Assembly: GCA_964234715.1 (NCBI GenBank)
Contig: OZ174277.1
Origin: Podarcis melisellensis
Lineage: Eukaryota
Reading direction: 5' to 3' (one strand)
Length of the DNA stretch: 64,000 nucleotides
Position numbers and translations under genes: made by a program. Positions 12,667 through 26,271 of this stretch are shown one piece after another. A model generated the notes under the pieces. It did no database searches. It saw nothing but the letters and a program-made list of their open reading frames with translations, and was not told where the DNA came from. How positions within the stretch are numbered: the stretch's first letter is position 1; each line of letters opens with the position of its first letter.

Positions 12667-14023
12667 TATTTAAAGCCATTTTGCTGCTCATAAACCATTT
12701 TATATTGGCATACTAACACCTTTAAACCTCTATTCATCTATAAATAAGTATTAGAATTGTGGTAACAGTATGGTTATTGCTGAATCTTTGGAGCAAGCGG
12801 ACTAATTCTGGCCCATGCTAAATCCTCAAATTAAGCTAGTTTATCAAAGCCAATGCAATTCTTTCTTTCAAAGTGAAACTGCGTACAGTACAATCTCAAG
12901 AGTAGTATTGCTAAGTCTCCAGAATTGGCATTATTGTGATGTAAGATACTTGTTTATGCAAATGTGTGCACTAGTGCACTAGCAAATCTCATAATACATC
13001 GCTGAAGACCATAAATCAAACTTTGGCTTTGCTCAAATGAACAAATTTTGAAACAACTCTTTTGCAATTCCTATACTTTACCTTGGTCCTAAATTAGCCA
13101 CATTTCACAGCCTTTTTAATAACAAGTAATGCAGTTTGGATATTATCTGTTTGCATTTAGCACTACTGATGAACAATAGTTCAAATTTTGAAAGTCGGGG
13201 CTTCAATAATAAAGCCTGATTTTCTTAGCAATCAAACACAGGCACATTCAACCACATCCACACACATGTCTTTGTGAATAGGACTCAAAACAGCTGCAAC
13301 CTTCTAGAAATTAATTGGATTCCAGATCATTTGCATTTTACATAGTTTACCAATAAAAGATTGAGATAGCGGCTTTATTAATGTGCAGACTAAAAAGCTT
13401 TCATAAATAAAGTAAGGAGCACTTTGCCGAGCTGTAATCCAAATTTTAATAAATACACTTACCTCCTCCTCCACTCCTGATAATACTGCAGGGCCCCCTC
13501 CAAGGTGAGAATTGATATGCAGGACTCAAATGCAGGCAGCTGTTGAGGATGCCTAGTGATTGCCTAGGGCCCTTACAGGACTTCATCTGGCTAGGCATTA
13601 TGATTTGATAATGGCCATTTTCAGACAACACCGAAGGCAATTCTAGGATTTACTGTCACAATAGACATACTAAAAATAAAGTCAGTGTAAATAGATTAAG
13701 AAACTGACAGAATAACAAGGCAGAAAGAATTAGAATGAAAACAGAAATACCAGATGACAACTAAATGCATTTGCAGTGGTGGAGATAGGATAAGGGAGCT
13801 GGTGGATTTATCTGCTGAGTGGAACGTTTTCATCCTGCTTCCGTCCTGATTAAGTGAATGGTTATTTCATTGGGAAAAGATTAAACTAGCATTCCAATAC
13901 AGTACTCTTATCTTGTCCAGATGCCCATTGAGCCTCACTTCTTCCTAAAGCGAGACAAACCTCTTTGTTTATTTTTATTTAGTCATAGAAGTCAAATCTC
14001 AATTCATTAACTTGCAATGCAAC

Positions 14024-14218
14024 CAGGGTTGCCAACTTGAATAAAATATGGGCGTGGTGTTGTCAGGTAAGCCCTGCCCCACTTAACTGATCACAAGGCA
14101 TGGCACACACACACACCATTTGAATGGCAATGCCCATCAACTTTGGGAGCCCCCAAACCCCTCAAGTGTTTTATTGGGGGACTGAAGGGACCTCGGCCCT
14201 TGGGAGTTGGCTCTTATG
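14024..14218. mobile_element. hAT-type MITE, copy 2
   Basis: Ends CAGGGTTGCCAAC / GTTGGCTCTTATG; degenerate 8-bp TSD aatgcaac/agtgcagc. Confidence 0.75.
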
Positions 14219-15808
14219 AGTGCAGCCCTACACGTATCCAGGTCCACCTGAGTCCAATGGGACTTACTCCCTGGTAGGTGTGCATAGGACTGCAGGCTTA
14301 GACAAGATTGCCGCTCACATGGTTGTATCTCTGACTGAGATGGTATGCCCTTTTGAAGCACAATTTACGACCAAAATACAGTAAGTGTTTGGTCGACTGT
14401 CACCTCCCTTGCTCTGGCACTGACAACCAGCAGAGAGCTGAATGCTGTACAGTGGGCAACCTTTTAGGACCAAAGGCTCATTTGGAATTTTGAGAAAGTG
14501 TCATGGGCACCCCCTCCCAGTCAATTGTTTCCCCCTCCCCCAGGGGTCTGGGTAGAAGTTGGATTCAGTAGAATAAAAACAGACCCTCGTGAATTGCATG
14601 GTTTCACATGCCCCCCCAGCCTTCCTCCATAAAATTAAAGTAGGGATGGGGAACATTAGGCTGGAAGTGGCTGGAGAAATGTGGTAATAATAACTAAATG
14701 CAGAGTCTCCTTTCCTTCTGCCAATCAAGACACAAATTGGGAGAGGTAAAAAAAAAAGTCTCTTGGCAACTGACCCTGCCTTCTTTGATTGCAAAGCAAT
14801 ATATTCACTATGAAGAAAGTTGTTGATTTCATTAGGGTTTACATACAAGGAAGTTTACCTAGGCTTGCAGCTGTAGAGAGGAACATGCCACACTTGGGAA
14901 ATACATTTAAAACTACTGATTGCTCTTAAGAAATGCTAGAAGGAGTAAAGGTCGGCATTTCTTTGGCCAGCATTTAAAAAATCAGGAAGATCTATTGGTC
15001 AAATTCTCACTTTGCCCCGCCTGGCAAACCACCTGAATACGCTATACATACAACATCGATTTTCCAAAATAGTCCATTGGGAACTGAGCATGCTCAGTAA
15101 CCATAGAATGCTGAGTGAGGAGGAGGAGGAGGGAGAGACGAAAACCTGTGGGGAGGGAAATGACCTGGAGTATCCTGGAAGAGGACATGGCTAGTTGGGG
15201 TGGAACCCTGAAAAGCAGCACTCTGCATTGCAACATTTTGTTGTACTTCTAAGATGCATAATGGAATGATAAGAGTGTCTGAGCACATCATCATCTTATT
15301 TATTTGAGTTTCATTAACCTTTGCTGAAAATCTGCCAATGTAATTTTGACAGCTCTGCATAGCCAAACCAGTTTAACATTTACACATCCCAGGAAGGATT
15401 TGAAAGACACAAGCTCCTGCCATTTGTTCCTTTTAAAGGCTTTGCGTATTACACACAAGCTTCTGAACAGTCAAGTGGGGTTTGGAGTCCTAGAGCAACC
15501 ATGTTTGTCAGTGAGAAGGAACTGAATGGTTGCTGCCTCTAAGATAATGAAAACAAGTCCATTTTTGTTTCCACTATGCACAGACATCAGAGCCTATGTC
15601 GAAAGGAGGAGGAAAGAGGGAAATGAGGGAAGCAGAAAGCAGCACACCAAACTGATGGCACAAAGGACAGCCTCTGGCAAGATGTCAAGAAGGTTGCTGC
15701 ATGGTGTGCCACTTAAAAGGGAGGCACAGAGCCCCCACGCCCACGTTTTCTGATAGCTTCTTTAACTGCTGTTAAAGAAGCCTCAGGAAGGTCCATGATT
15801 GGCTAAAA

Positions 15809-15884
<76 letters not shown>
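15809..15884. repeat. Compound (TG)n(AG)n microsatellite
   Basis: Direct observation. Confidence 0.97.
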
Positions 15885-15888
<4 letters not shown>

Positions 15889-16244
15889 GGAATGAAGGAA
15901 AAACTAACAAAAAATTAGCAGGTGATGATTTTACCAAGAATGAAGCGTTGTGGTATAATTTTGTCCTCTGTCCTGGTGTTCCTTTATTGTTTTTCCCCCA
16001 AGCATGCAGAAAAGTACAAAATGTATTGAAACACTGCTGGGCCTTCTTACATGGCTGGTGGGTTATGTTCAGTTTAGTTGGGCCACAAGCTGGTCTTGTT
16101 CATCCTTGGAGGTGTGGTGGCAGAAGAAAAAGCAGTTTCTTAATTTCAGCTCTGAGAAACCGAGGAGAACCCTTACTTCCCTAGGTTAATATGCAGAATG
16201 GCAGTGAAATGTAACCTGTTGATGTTGTTGAAATGACAAACAAT

Positions 16245-16478
16245 GAGAGCCAGTGTGGTGCACTAGACTTGCACTGGGGAGACCCGAGTTCAAATCCTCA
16301 TTCAGCCATGAACCTCATTGGGTGACGTTGGAGCAATCACTACATCCCAGCCTAACCAACTTCACAGGTTTGTTGTGAATGTAACATCAAGCTGTGGGGG
16401 GACCATTTATGTTACCTTGAGCACCTTGGAGAAAAGGTGGGATATAATTTAATAAATAAATAAATAAATAAATAAATA
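16245..16478 (+). mobile_element. CORE-type squamate SINE (Squam3/MIR-like) with (AAAT)n tail
   Basis: gagagccagtgtggtg...gagttcaaatcc...gggtgacgttgg...cctaaccaacttcacaggtttgttgtga; homologous to the 12427 copy. Confidence 0.78.
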
Positions 16479-19015
16479 TAATTGAAGCTAATATTTGCTG
16501 GTGAGAGTAGCAAGGTCATTGGTGTCAAACGGAACGCCATTCTTACAATGTCTGGTGGCTTTTCTGGGGTCTTCATTAGGAATGAACTATTCCTTACTGG
16601 GTTCCATCAGAATGCCTTCTCTTATGAAGTTCAGTTAAAAAGCTGGCCTTTCACAGCTATCCTTAACAAAATAACTTATCTTTTTAGAAGCATTTCAGGA
16701 CACCGTTTAAAAAATCTCAGTAATTCTTTCACTGAGCCAAACATCTAGCACTCTTAATTTCTCAAATGCAGGGATAATTTCTCACACCCCTCCAAAAGTC
16801 CCCTCCTTCCGCTCTAATGTGTCGATACAATTTAGGTTAATGCAGTGCCTGGCAAAGACTATTAATTTTGGTTTTGCTAGTATATAATATAAGCGCTTTA
16901 CTACAAGTTTCGGTGTTGTTGCTCTGAAGTTTCAGTGCAACTCCTCATCTTTTTAAGGCAAACTGCAAGCATCTCATTGCATTTTCCTCATTAATGTGTC
17001 AAGATGTTTATTTTTAATCAAGTAAGTAATACTAAAACACAAAACTGGAAAAGGGTCTAGAGCTTTTGAAATGCTAAACAAGACTTTCTGGTTTCTATGA
17101 ACTGCTCTATACTCTTGGTCATATACACTATAAGCGATAAAATTCTGTTGGTGGTTTTCCACCACCCTTACCATCATCAACAAACCTTAGGTGAAATAAG
17201 GTTGGGCTGGTTTCTCCTTGCATAAACAGAATATTTCAAAAACATTGCATGGAGAGTTGTTTAGAAATCCCCACAAAACAGTGGGGTTTAACAAAGAGAC
17301 TGAAGAACAAAAGACAATGCTGGTTCTGCAGGCTAGTGAAATTTTTGACAGGCTAGCTGGATTATTTTGGAAAAATTGTGCCAAGCTTCTGCGTCCTGCT
17401 CCTTCACTGGACTTGCCTCTTGGGGGCTGGAGAGCTGCTGCCAGTCCAAGTAGAAATACTAGGCTAAATGGATAAATTGACTTGGAATAAAGGCAACTTT
17501 TCATTATGCTATGACTTTGGATTATGGCCAGCACAAGACCATATTGTGATGATCTTGATCTCTGACTTCCCAGCTGTTGAGGTATATATAGCCGTTCGGT
17601 ATTGGTCTGATCTAATGTGTTACAACAACCAGCTCAGACCTACAATTTAAATAGTTAAGGGCTTTTAAATCTAATTGTAAGTGGCCAAAAGCTAATTCAA
17701 TTTATGTTCCTCCCAACCAGCCATGGTTGTTTTTTAACATTAATTTTAAATACTGATTTTGGCATTAGCTTGGAAGAAGCAAAAGTCAGCCTGGTTCTGT
17801 TTCTCTTCACAGACTAACCTTTGCTTAAAACTGGTTACGGTCATTGCAGTGAGATGCACACACCTACACACACACACGCACCTGTATCCATCCATTCCCT
17901 TTGTTTTGTAGTACACATATTAAGTATGCTGAGAACATTTTAGATCTGTGCCTAATTTTTCCATCAGTGACTAAGCACCTTTCAGTCATTACCAGAGTCA
18001 TTAATTTAAGTATCAACGTTGTCTGGATGTACTGTTCTTCTCCAGTGCCAAGGATGTCCAGGCAGCCATTGATTTAAGAGACAATATCACTTGCTTCCAA
18101 GTTTATGAGGCAATAAACAGCTCCCGCATATTGATGAATGCGAAGGTGTTTGCTCAGCACATTTGCAGGGGCCGTTTATTACCAAGTGCTGTGCTTTAAA
18201 AGCAAATGAAATTGCAACTATTCTCTTCTAGGTTTCTTGCGGGTGGGGACAGAACGGAGGGGGGAAGAAAATAAAACCTGTTGTTTTTAATTCGTTCTTC
18301 CGCTTACCTTCCTCCTGCAAGTAATTAATATGACTGACGTTACCCTGCTGATTTCCTTCCAGCAAAATGGTTTAAGACAGCTGTTGGATTTCTTATGCTA
18401 TTTCCAATGAAAATGCTTTAAATATAGCCAGAGAAAGGGAATGTGTCTCAGAACTCAATAGTACTTTGGTATAGACCTTGAACAAAAAACTCCAATATCA
18501 ATCGTATTTTACTAAGTACAGAATAATCACAATTTTTTACCATTTTCCCACTGCCTCAACCTCTCCCCAGCATATGAGAGAATAATAGTAAAGTAAAATC
18601 CTATTGGTTTTTCTTACCATTCTCAGCAGTTTTTGAAGTGATGCTCCATAAGTGGGGGGTTCTCCTGACATTACATTCTTTATGCCTCCTCTTGGCTAAC
18701 TCATCAGGAGCTGGAATTGCAAGATTATTATTAATTTCTCATGCAGTCTGAAACACCATTTGATAGCTTTGAAACAGAGTGATGAGTGTGTCAGCAAACT
18801 ACAGGTGAGTTTACAGAAGCCAGCAAGAATGCTTTTTTTGGAATCTGGCTATGCTATACATTATTTTGGCGTGGGTGGGGAGGGTGGTTAGAGAGAGGCG
18901 GGATGGGGGAGTGGGAGATTAATTACATATCTCTGTGCCACCAGTGTAGTTATGAGCATGCCAACTAGGAAAGCCGCTTGGGGGGGGGGAATAGACAATC
19001 AAAAATGCAAAACTA

Positions 19016-19210
19016 ATTTATACTTGTGGCAATCTCATTCTGTTCCTCATTCTCCATTTCCATCATGGTGAGGGACTAGGGCTGTTGTTTTCTTTGTGAA
19101 ACTGTTGGCCCATTTATACTTGTGGCAATCTCATTCTGTTCCTCATTCTCCATTTCCCATCATGGTGAGGGACTAGGGCTGTTGTTTTCTTTGTGAAACT
19201 GTTGGCCCAT
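19016..19210. repeat. 96/97-bp near-perfect tandem duplication
   Basis: Units 19016-19111 and 19112-19208 differ by one C in a homopolymer. Confidence 0.95.
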
Positions 19211-19899
19211 GCAAGGGGTACCTCCATATGAAAACAGGCACCCAGGTGCAAACCATCCTTTTGGAACAGGGCCTATATTTGAAAGTTTGCTTCTGCAACA
19301 GGGTGCTGTGCAGTGATGAAATCCTCACGCCTAGAACTGGTGGTGGCAGCTTACAACATAGTATTTTTTTGCAGGATCTGAAAGCCCAGGCAAACGTTTT
19401 GATGGGTGGCTGATGTTGATAGCTCTGTTCTGTGCTCTTTCAGACGTACCCATATGATGAGGCTGTACTGTCAACACCAAAATAGCACCATTTCAAAGTA
19501 TTTTCTGCCTATGGTACAGAATAAATGTATTTGTTGCCACAAGGCAGACTTCTAGGGGATCCAGAATTCACACAGGGACCCACCCAACAACCTTGGCTCA
19601 ACCCCTTATTGAGAAGCCTGAATCCCAGGCCATTGCTAGCTCTCATGGGATTACCAGCATCAAGCACCAACTGCCCTTGCTTTGCAGTTGGTTGCTTCTT
19701 TCTGCTAATACCTTTCATGCCTTTTTCATGCACATTCAGTGCGGGATCATGTGGCTAGTGTGGGAATGAATTATGGATTTGCCACAGCAACAGTTTTGTG
19801 ATCAGACTAGGTGCCATGCTTTATCTTCACCATTCCAATGCCAAAGCACAGCTTGCCATAGTGCGCTCTATAAGAAGTAAGTCATTAGTCTACTGCAAC

Positions 19900-20021
19900 T
19901 AGGAACATAAGGTATTGCCTTATACTCTAAGTCACACCATTAGGTCCATCCACTCAGCCCTACCTGGAGATGCTGGGGATTGAATCTGGGATGCTCTACC
20001 TTTGAGCTATGGCCCTTCCCC
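19900..20021 (-). mobile_element. Squam2-like SINE, internally deleted
   Basis: tRNA head (ggccatagctca...agagcatcccagattcaatccc) joined to a CR1-like tail (gtataaggcaataccttatgttcct). Confidence 0.7.
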
Positions 20022-22749
20022 CAAACTATGACTGGATCCAGCAATGGGTCATAGAGGTGTGGAAGCAAACTTCTACATACAAAATCTTGCTCAGGAAATA
20101 AATGCTAGCACAGTGCAGTGCTGCACCTAACAGCCCCTTTTGGTCCCCATTTGCCACACAACTGTTAGCCTGATCCATACAGCCCAAGTTGCTGCTCTGC
20201 ATAGTTATGCACACTTTGTATCATGTAACCATGCTGGTTTTAGAATATACCAGCATGTATTAGCAAAACTTGACACCTACCAGTAAATTATGGAAGTGAG
20301 GATAAAATGTGGTCTCTAATAAAAAAAGCACTTAGTGATTGTTGAGATTTTGGTACCTGTCTCTGCTCCTGTTCCTTTTTGGCCTGCTCTCCTCCCCGCT
20401 ATTATTATTTATATGTATTTAGTAGAAATGAGTGCACCTTGGCCTTCCCTATGCTCTCCTCAAAATGATCCGCAAATGAACTGATTCCTCCACTGCAACC
20501 AGAAACTGACCAGTTCATTTCTTGATACAATTTGAGGGGTTTATGAAATGAGCCCCCTTTCCCTAACAGATCCCTCACTATCTTTCTGTTTACTTACCTG
20601 CAAAAGTCAGGATGCTGGCAGTAGCAGCAACAGCAGAGAGGAGAGCATTCCCTTCTTTCCTTGTCTTGACACCCTCCATGGCATGTTAAGAGGCTTGAAA
20701 GGGCAGTGGCCTCATAGGTAATGGAATTTATCCAAATGTCATTGCATTTCAGGCAACACAGTTCTCTCAGCCATGATATGCTGCAGGAAGAGTGGTGATG
20801 CTTGTTGTGGCATATACTAAGGTGATGGAGACAGAAGGAAAAAATCCTCCTCCCTGCTCTCCAATGCTCCTTCTGCCATCGTCTCCATTTGAGGAGGAAG
20901 GTGTTTTGGGACCTGATGGTCAGGGTTGGCCAAGAGAAGGGAATCTGGGAAAGCTTTTCTGGCCTGGATGTTGATCTGAGCTGGAAAAGGGTTTTCGTGT
21001 ATGGAGGTGGGGTGTGTGTCCTTGCCTCTCATTCCAACTAATTCCAGTTAATTTATGAGCTCTGCTTCAATGAACTTAGCTAGTATATCCAATTCATAGT
21101 GGCCACACAACCCAAAGGACTGGAGCTACTTTTCATGCTGCAGTTTGCACTTGGGCCATGCTCCAAAAGTGCTTTCCAAAGAGTCGGCACAAAAGTACAT
21201 GAAACAGCTTGCAATTTTAAAAATGCTATCAAACAATATGTTCTAATTACTTTCCAATTTCAGCAAACTGTTTTATCTTGGAAATTTAACATCAGGATTA
21301 TACTTTATTTCATGGCTTTTATTATTTTAATCATAAATTCTTGGGGGATGTTACCGTGTGGAGTGTGCGCCTTCGCAAAGGTAGGTGGTCTTCAAGTAAC
21401 TGATTAGGCATTTAAAACTCTGCACAGCCTACTCAGTTTTTAATTAGTTCCATAAATTACCACGAGGCACCATAAATCCAATGCCATCTTTATTAGAATA
21501 ATACACTGATATTGAGCTGATTTTTTTTTCATTTGTAAAGAATTTTAAGAGGCTCACTAAGTAATCCTGTGTGGTAAGTAATTATCTCTATTTTGTGGAA
21601 GTAGAAACAAAGATCAAGACAAAATTACTTGCCCCTGTTCAGAACAGATAGGTTCAGATAGTTCTCTTCACTCATTGCTAAATCATTATTCTCTCTTAAA
21701 CAACTTGTAAAATGTGACAGTCCCAGTACTCATTATTTTATTGCTCTACTGTGCCGAATTACAATACCAGAATCCCTTTGGCTCAATATTGACAGTTCTG
21801 CTTCTCAAGCATTAGGACCATGATCTGTTCTGTGAACATGGGGATCCCCACAAAGTTCAAGGGAGCCTTCCACCCATTCTTCATTGGCAGCCTTTGATCA
21901 GAGGGGGCACATTCCACAATGTACCTGCCCTGTCAGGCATGGGAGGCTCTATCACCTCCCACATATGTTTAATAATTTGCTTTAAAGATTTATAGTTTAC
22001 CTTTCATTGATACCAATAACGGGGGTAGAGAGAGAAGGGTTTTTGTGTGTGTGTTTTTTAAAGTCGGTAAAACAAAAAGGCTGTTCTTAAATCACCAACA
22101 AATAAAGCAACTAAAAACAGCTAAACAGAGGAGCTGAAACAGAGGAGCATCAAAAACCTAAAAAGCCTAAGTAAACAGGTATGTCACCACCATATCGCTG
22201 CCTAACATACTCATAGGTATGGATGGAGGGGACTAGTCTGTGTCTTGGGACAACTTTTAAATTTAATCCCCCTCAGACACTATGCACGGATTGGAATGTA
22301 CATCTGCAGATTAAGTCACACAATCGACAAACCAAACTGCACGAGATGTATTGTATTATGAGGTGGTTCAAGGGCTGCCTCTTTTTTTTCCAACATTTTA
22401 GTCACTTAGAACAGTTCTGTGTCTGAGTACTAAAATACCCCTCAAACTATGTTAAAATGTTCCCAGAAAGCTACCATACATAGTAACCTACAGCCTCTTC
22501 ATGGGGAATTTCACAGAGAAAAAGATGGCTGTCCCCATGTTTCGCTGAGGGCAGTGATCTTTTTCTCCACACAATGTTCTTGGTAGTCTTCAAATGACTT
22601 TCCTTTTCAAAATAGCTATACTTTACACTGCCCTTCACCAAGGTTTCATTTTGTATGTAACAAGAGAGTAAAAAGCTCATGCTCTTAGTAAAGCCAAAAC
22701 TCTACATTTCCTTCCAAGTAACCCATCACTCAACCCATCACCCAACACA

Positions 22750-23095
22750 GGTGGCGCTGTGGGTTAAACCACAGAGCCTAGGGCTTGCCAATCGGAAGGT
22801 TGGCAGTTCGAATCCCCATGACGGGATGAGCTCCCGTTGCTCGGTCCCTGCTCCTGCCAACCTAGCAGTTTGAAAGCCTGTCAAAGTGCAAGTAGATAAA
22901 TAGGTACCGCTCTGGCGGGAAGGTAAACGGAGTTTCCAAGCGCTGCTCTGGTTTGCCAGAAGCGGCTTAGTCATGCTGGACACATGACTCGGAAGCTATA
23001 CGCCGGCTCTCTCAGCCAATAAGGCGAGATGAGCGCCGCAACCTCAGAGTCGGTCACGACTGGACCTAATGGTCAGGGGTCCCTTTACCTTTACT
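22750..23095 (+). mobile_element. Sauria SINE (POM-type, tRNA-derived head, Bov-B-related tail)
   Basis: GGTGGCGCTGTGG A box, GTTCGAATCC B box, TAGATAAATAGGTACC core, CCTTTACCTTTAC tail; TSD taacccatcac (22719-22729 / 23096-23106). Confidence 0.93.
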
Positions 23096-24014
23096 TAACC
23101 CATCACACTTAGGGCCCAACAATATGTGGTGTTAAACCTGCCTTTGCATCTAATGTGCAGGGGAATTTTGCAGCCAGCTTGCTAGCTCACCTTATCCCCA
23201 AAGCATCTGTAACATGCATTGGACCTGCCAGGTCTGTACTGCTGCCAGGACTCAAGGCGGGGGTGCTATTATTGGCTTATTAAGATTGGTATGCTGACAT
23301 TTTTCTGTGGCTTCATATTGTAGTTATTAATAGGCCTCTTATGCCTATTGACCTTGTTCTGCAACCTCATCAATATATACTGCTCTTCATTATCCATTCT
23401 GTGCCTCCTTATCTTGTTGGGGGGGGGAGAATTCACCCCTCCTTTCAGGATCTCTTGTCAGGGCTCACAATTCACTTCAACATCAAACAACCGTTTATGA
23501 AAAGGTGGGGGGTCTTTTTTCAGCCCCAGGGCCATATTCCCACATGAGCAAGCTTCCGAGGGCCACATGCCAGTGGTGGATGGGTGCAGAGGCAGAAGTA
23601 AGCGGAGCATCAGGTGAGACTCTTACCTTTTTAGAATAGAAGTCAGAGGTTTCTACATAGAGGCACAACCTTAACACATCTCTCAATCCTCCATCCAGGC
23701 AAGCAGGAGCCATAACCACATTTTAGGGACACATTCCAACTAGGCAGAAGCACCCTAGGAGAATGCAGAGTGAAGTCACTATGGGGTGGCGCCTGGGAAT
23801 CAAGTGTGCCACCTTGCCCCTGCAATTGAGGGGGGTGGGACAGCGCAATATCAGCAGCACGCCTTGTGGTATGTGTGAGTGATGTCAGCATGTCCATGCC
23901 CCTGATATTTAGTTGGAAATGAGCTTATTGTACACTTCACTCTCTTGCCAGCATCAGCACCAGTGGATTACAAATGCTGGGTTTTAAAATTTCTAGAGGG
24001 GTATTGCCTCTGTT

Positions 24015-24465
24015 GCACTCCAACCCACAAATGCTTATGCCATAATAAATTTGTTGGTCTTTAAGGAGCTAGAGGGACGCGGGTGGCGCTGTGGGTTAAA
24101 CAACAGAGCCTAGGACTTGCTGATCAGAAGGTTGGCGGTTCGAATCCCTGCAACGGGGTGAGCTCCCGTTGCTTGGTCCCTGCTCCTGCCAACCTAGCAG
24201 TTCGAAAGCACGTCAAAGTGCAAGTAGATAAATAGGTACCACTCCGGCAGGAAGGTAAACAGCGTTTCCGTGTGCTCCTCTGGTTCGCCAGAAGCGGCTT
24301 AGTCATGCTAGCCACATGACCCGGAAGCTGTACGCTGGCTCCCTCGGCCAATAAAGCGAGATGAGCGCCGCAACCCCAGAGTCAGTCATGACTGGACCTA
24401 ATGGTCAGGGGTCCCTTTAGCTTTACAAGGAGCTAGAAGACTCTTTGTTGTTTTAATTTTACAGG
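24015..24465 (+). mobile_element. Penelope-like repeat remnant split by the Sauria SINE at 24074-24426
   Basis: ccacaaatgcttatgccataataaatttgttggtctttaaggagctaga | agactctttgttgtttt rejoins across the TSD. Confidence 0.6.
24074..24426 (+). mobile_element. Sauria SINE, full length and young
   Basis: Starts GGGACGCGGGTGGCGCTGTGG; B box GGTTCGAATCC at 24137-24147; 11-bp TSD aaggagctaga (24063-24073 / 24427-24437). Confidence 0.95.
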
Positions 24466-25816
24466 TCATCTGTGTTCTATTGGTATAAATGTTATTATGT
24501 TATAGCAAGGATAGGAAACCCGGTCCCTCTAGGCGTTGCTGGATTCCCAACTTCTGCTTCTGTGCAGCCTCTCAAGATCTAATGTAGAAGATGGCATATA
24601 CACATTTGAATAAATAATCAAGTCATCGTTGGCCCTGCTGGCTGGGGTGGACTGGCGTTTAAGTCTGCCGTCATCTGAAGAGCCACAGGTGCTCCACCCC
24701 TGCTTTATATAATATGGAAATTTCTCTTCCAGTATGCTGACAGTTAGATGGCCTAGTAATGGCATCGTCATATTGTTTCAGCATTGTTTGCCCAAAAACA
24801 GTTTTTCATAGCATCCCAGGTAATTTAGTACAAGGTAAAAAGATTAGGACTGCGATCCTAGGAAGAATTAGTTATGCTTAAACCCTTGTGTAATTAACTG
24901 GAATCCTATGCACCACGTTCAATGTGAATTAATCCCAGTAATTGTGTTCAGGACTGCAACCTAACTGCGGTATATCTAACACTGCATAGGACTGGGGTTT
25001 TTTGTTTTTTTAAAAGAGAACAGTTTTTTCTCCCTTTCCCAGCATAGAAAACACTTTTTCCTACAAGGGCTGAGGGCAAGCACCTAATATATAAACTACT
25101 TCAAAGTTTGTTAATTATGAAAGGAGAAATGTAATTAGTCATCATAATGCTAGAGATCAGTTTATAGCCAGTCTTTTTCAATTAAAATTGCAATCTATAA
25201 TTTTCCTGGAGGAGTTACATGTCTCAGATCTCAGCAGATTAAATTCACTGTGTGTATTAAGAAAAGTTCCATAAAAGGTTGCCATAGAGAAATGAATTGG
25301 CACAGCATACAATTCTTTTAAAAAACAAGCTAGCTTCTGACATCTTTGCAGCTTGCAAACTATTTGCCTCCCTTTGCATTCTGTTTAGAATATTGACCAA
25401 ACCTAGCAAGACATTTGCCATCAATAATATTTTGAGGACTATATTTCTGAAGATATCAATTATGGTTTAGTTCCTTTAGCCTCAAGTTCGTTTGAAGCCT
25501 CTGTGAAACCATACCTGGGGTGAATGAGAGGAGAGAGGGAGGCTCCTTGCCTCATGAGAGCATACACATGGATAGACAGGATAGATAGTGTCGTTTTATG
25601 GAATTAATTTACCAGCAGTATATAATAAACCATATATAAGAATAATGTTATTCTTATCTAAAATTAGTTATACTCATAGTAGACCCACTGGAAGCACTAT
25701 TAAAGTCCATTGATTTAAGTTGGTCTTCTCTGACTTACTTGGGTATTACCCAGAGTAACTAAAGATCAAATACAAAATGATTAACCTCAGTCAGTCTTCT
25801 ATTAAAGGATCTATAC

Positions 25817-25993
25817 CAGTGGTTCCCAATTAGCTAAGTTCTGCGGTCCCCCTGTTTTTCAAAAGCCAAGCCAAAATTTTGAAAATGTTAATATCTCTAT
25901 GGTACAATTTTGCTATGTAAATAGTGACACAGACTCCCTCGGTGGGCTATACAGACCCCTTGAGATCTGTAGACCACCAATTGGGAACCACTG
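25817..25993. mobile_element. hAT-Charlie-type MITE
   Basis: Perfect 15-bp TIR CAGTGGTTCCCAATT; 8-bp TSD atctatac/atctagac. Confidence 0.88.
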
Positions 25994-26199
25994 ATCTAGA
26001 CCATACATTTAAAGCACATTGTTAAGAGTGCTGAGAATTATAGTTCTTTGAGGAAGTAGCTAGTGTTCCCAGGATGGTAGGGGAAGATTATACTAATCCT
26101 AGATTCTGCTTCTGTGTGGACACAAACAGGCCATTCAAAGGTATGGCTTAATTGTGCCCTGGCTCTGCCCTTCCCACCTACAACTGCCTCCTCAGCCTG

Positions 26200-26271
26200 T
26201 AAAGCAAGATGAGTGCCGCAACCCCAGAGTCGTCTGCGACTGGACTTAACTGTCAGGGGTCCTTTACCTTC
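26200..26271 (+). mobile_element. Sauria SINE 3' fragment (5'-truncated)
   Basis: aaagcaagatgagtgccgcaaccccagagtcg...actggacttaactgtcaggggtcctttaccttc matches the tail of the full copies. Confidence 0.8.

Noticed and set aside
15810-16184. ORF with CV/ER repeats
   Set aside because: Translation of a (TG)n(AG)n microsatellite.
24074-24150. tRNA gene
   Set aside because: tRNA-derived SINE head continuing into SINE body, with a TSD.
22738-24351. Similar ORFs 22738..22983, 24124..24351, 59117..59344 and 12170..12424, suggesting a small gene family
   Set aside because: All are antisense readings of Sauria SINE copies.
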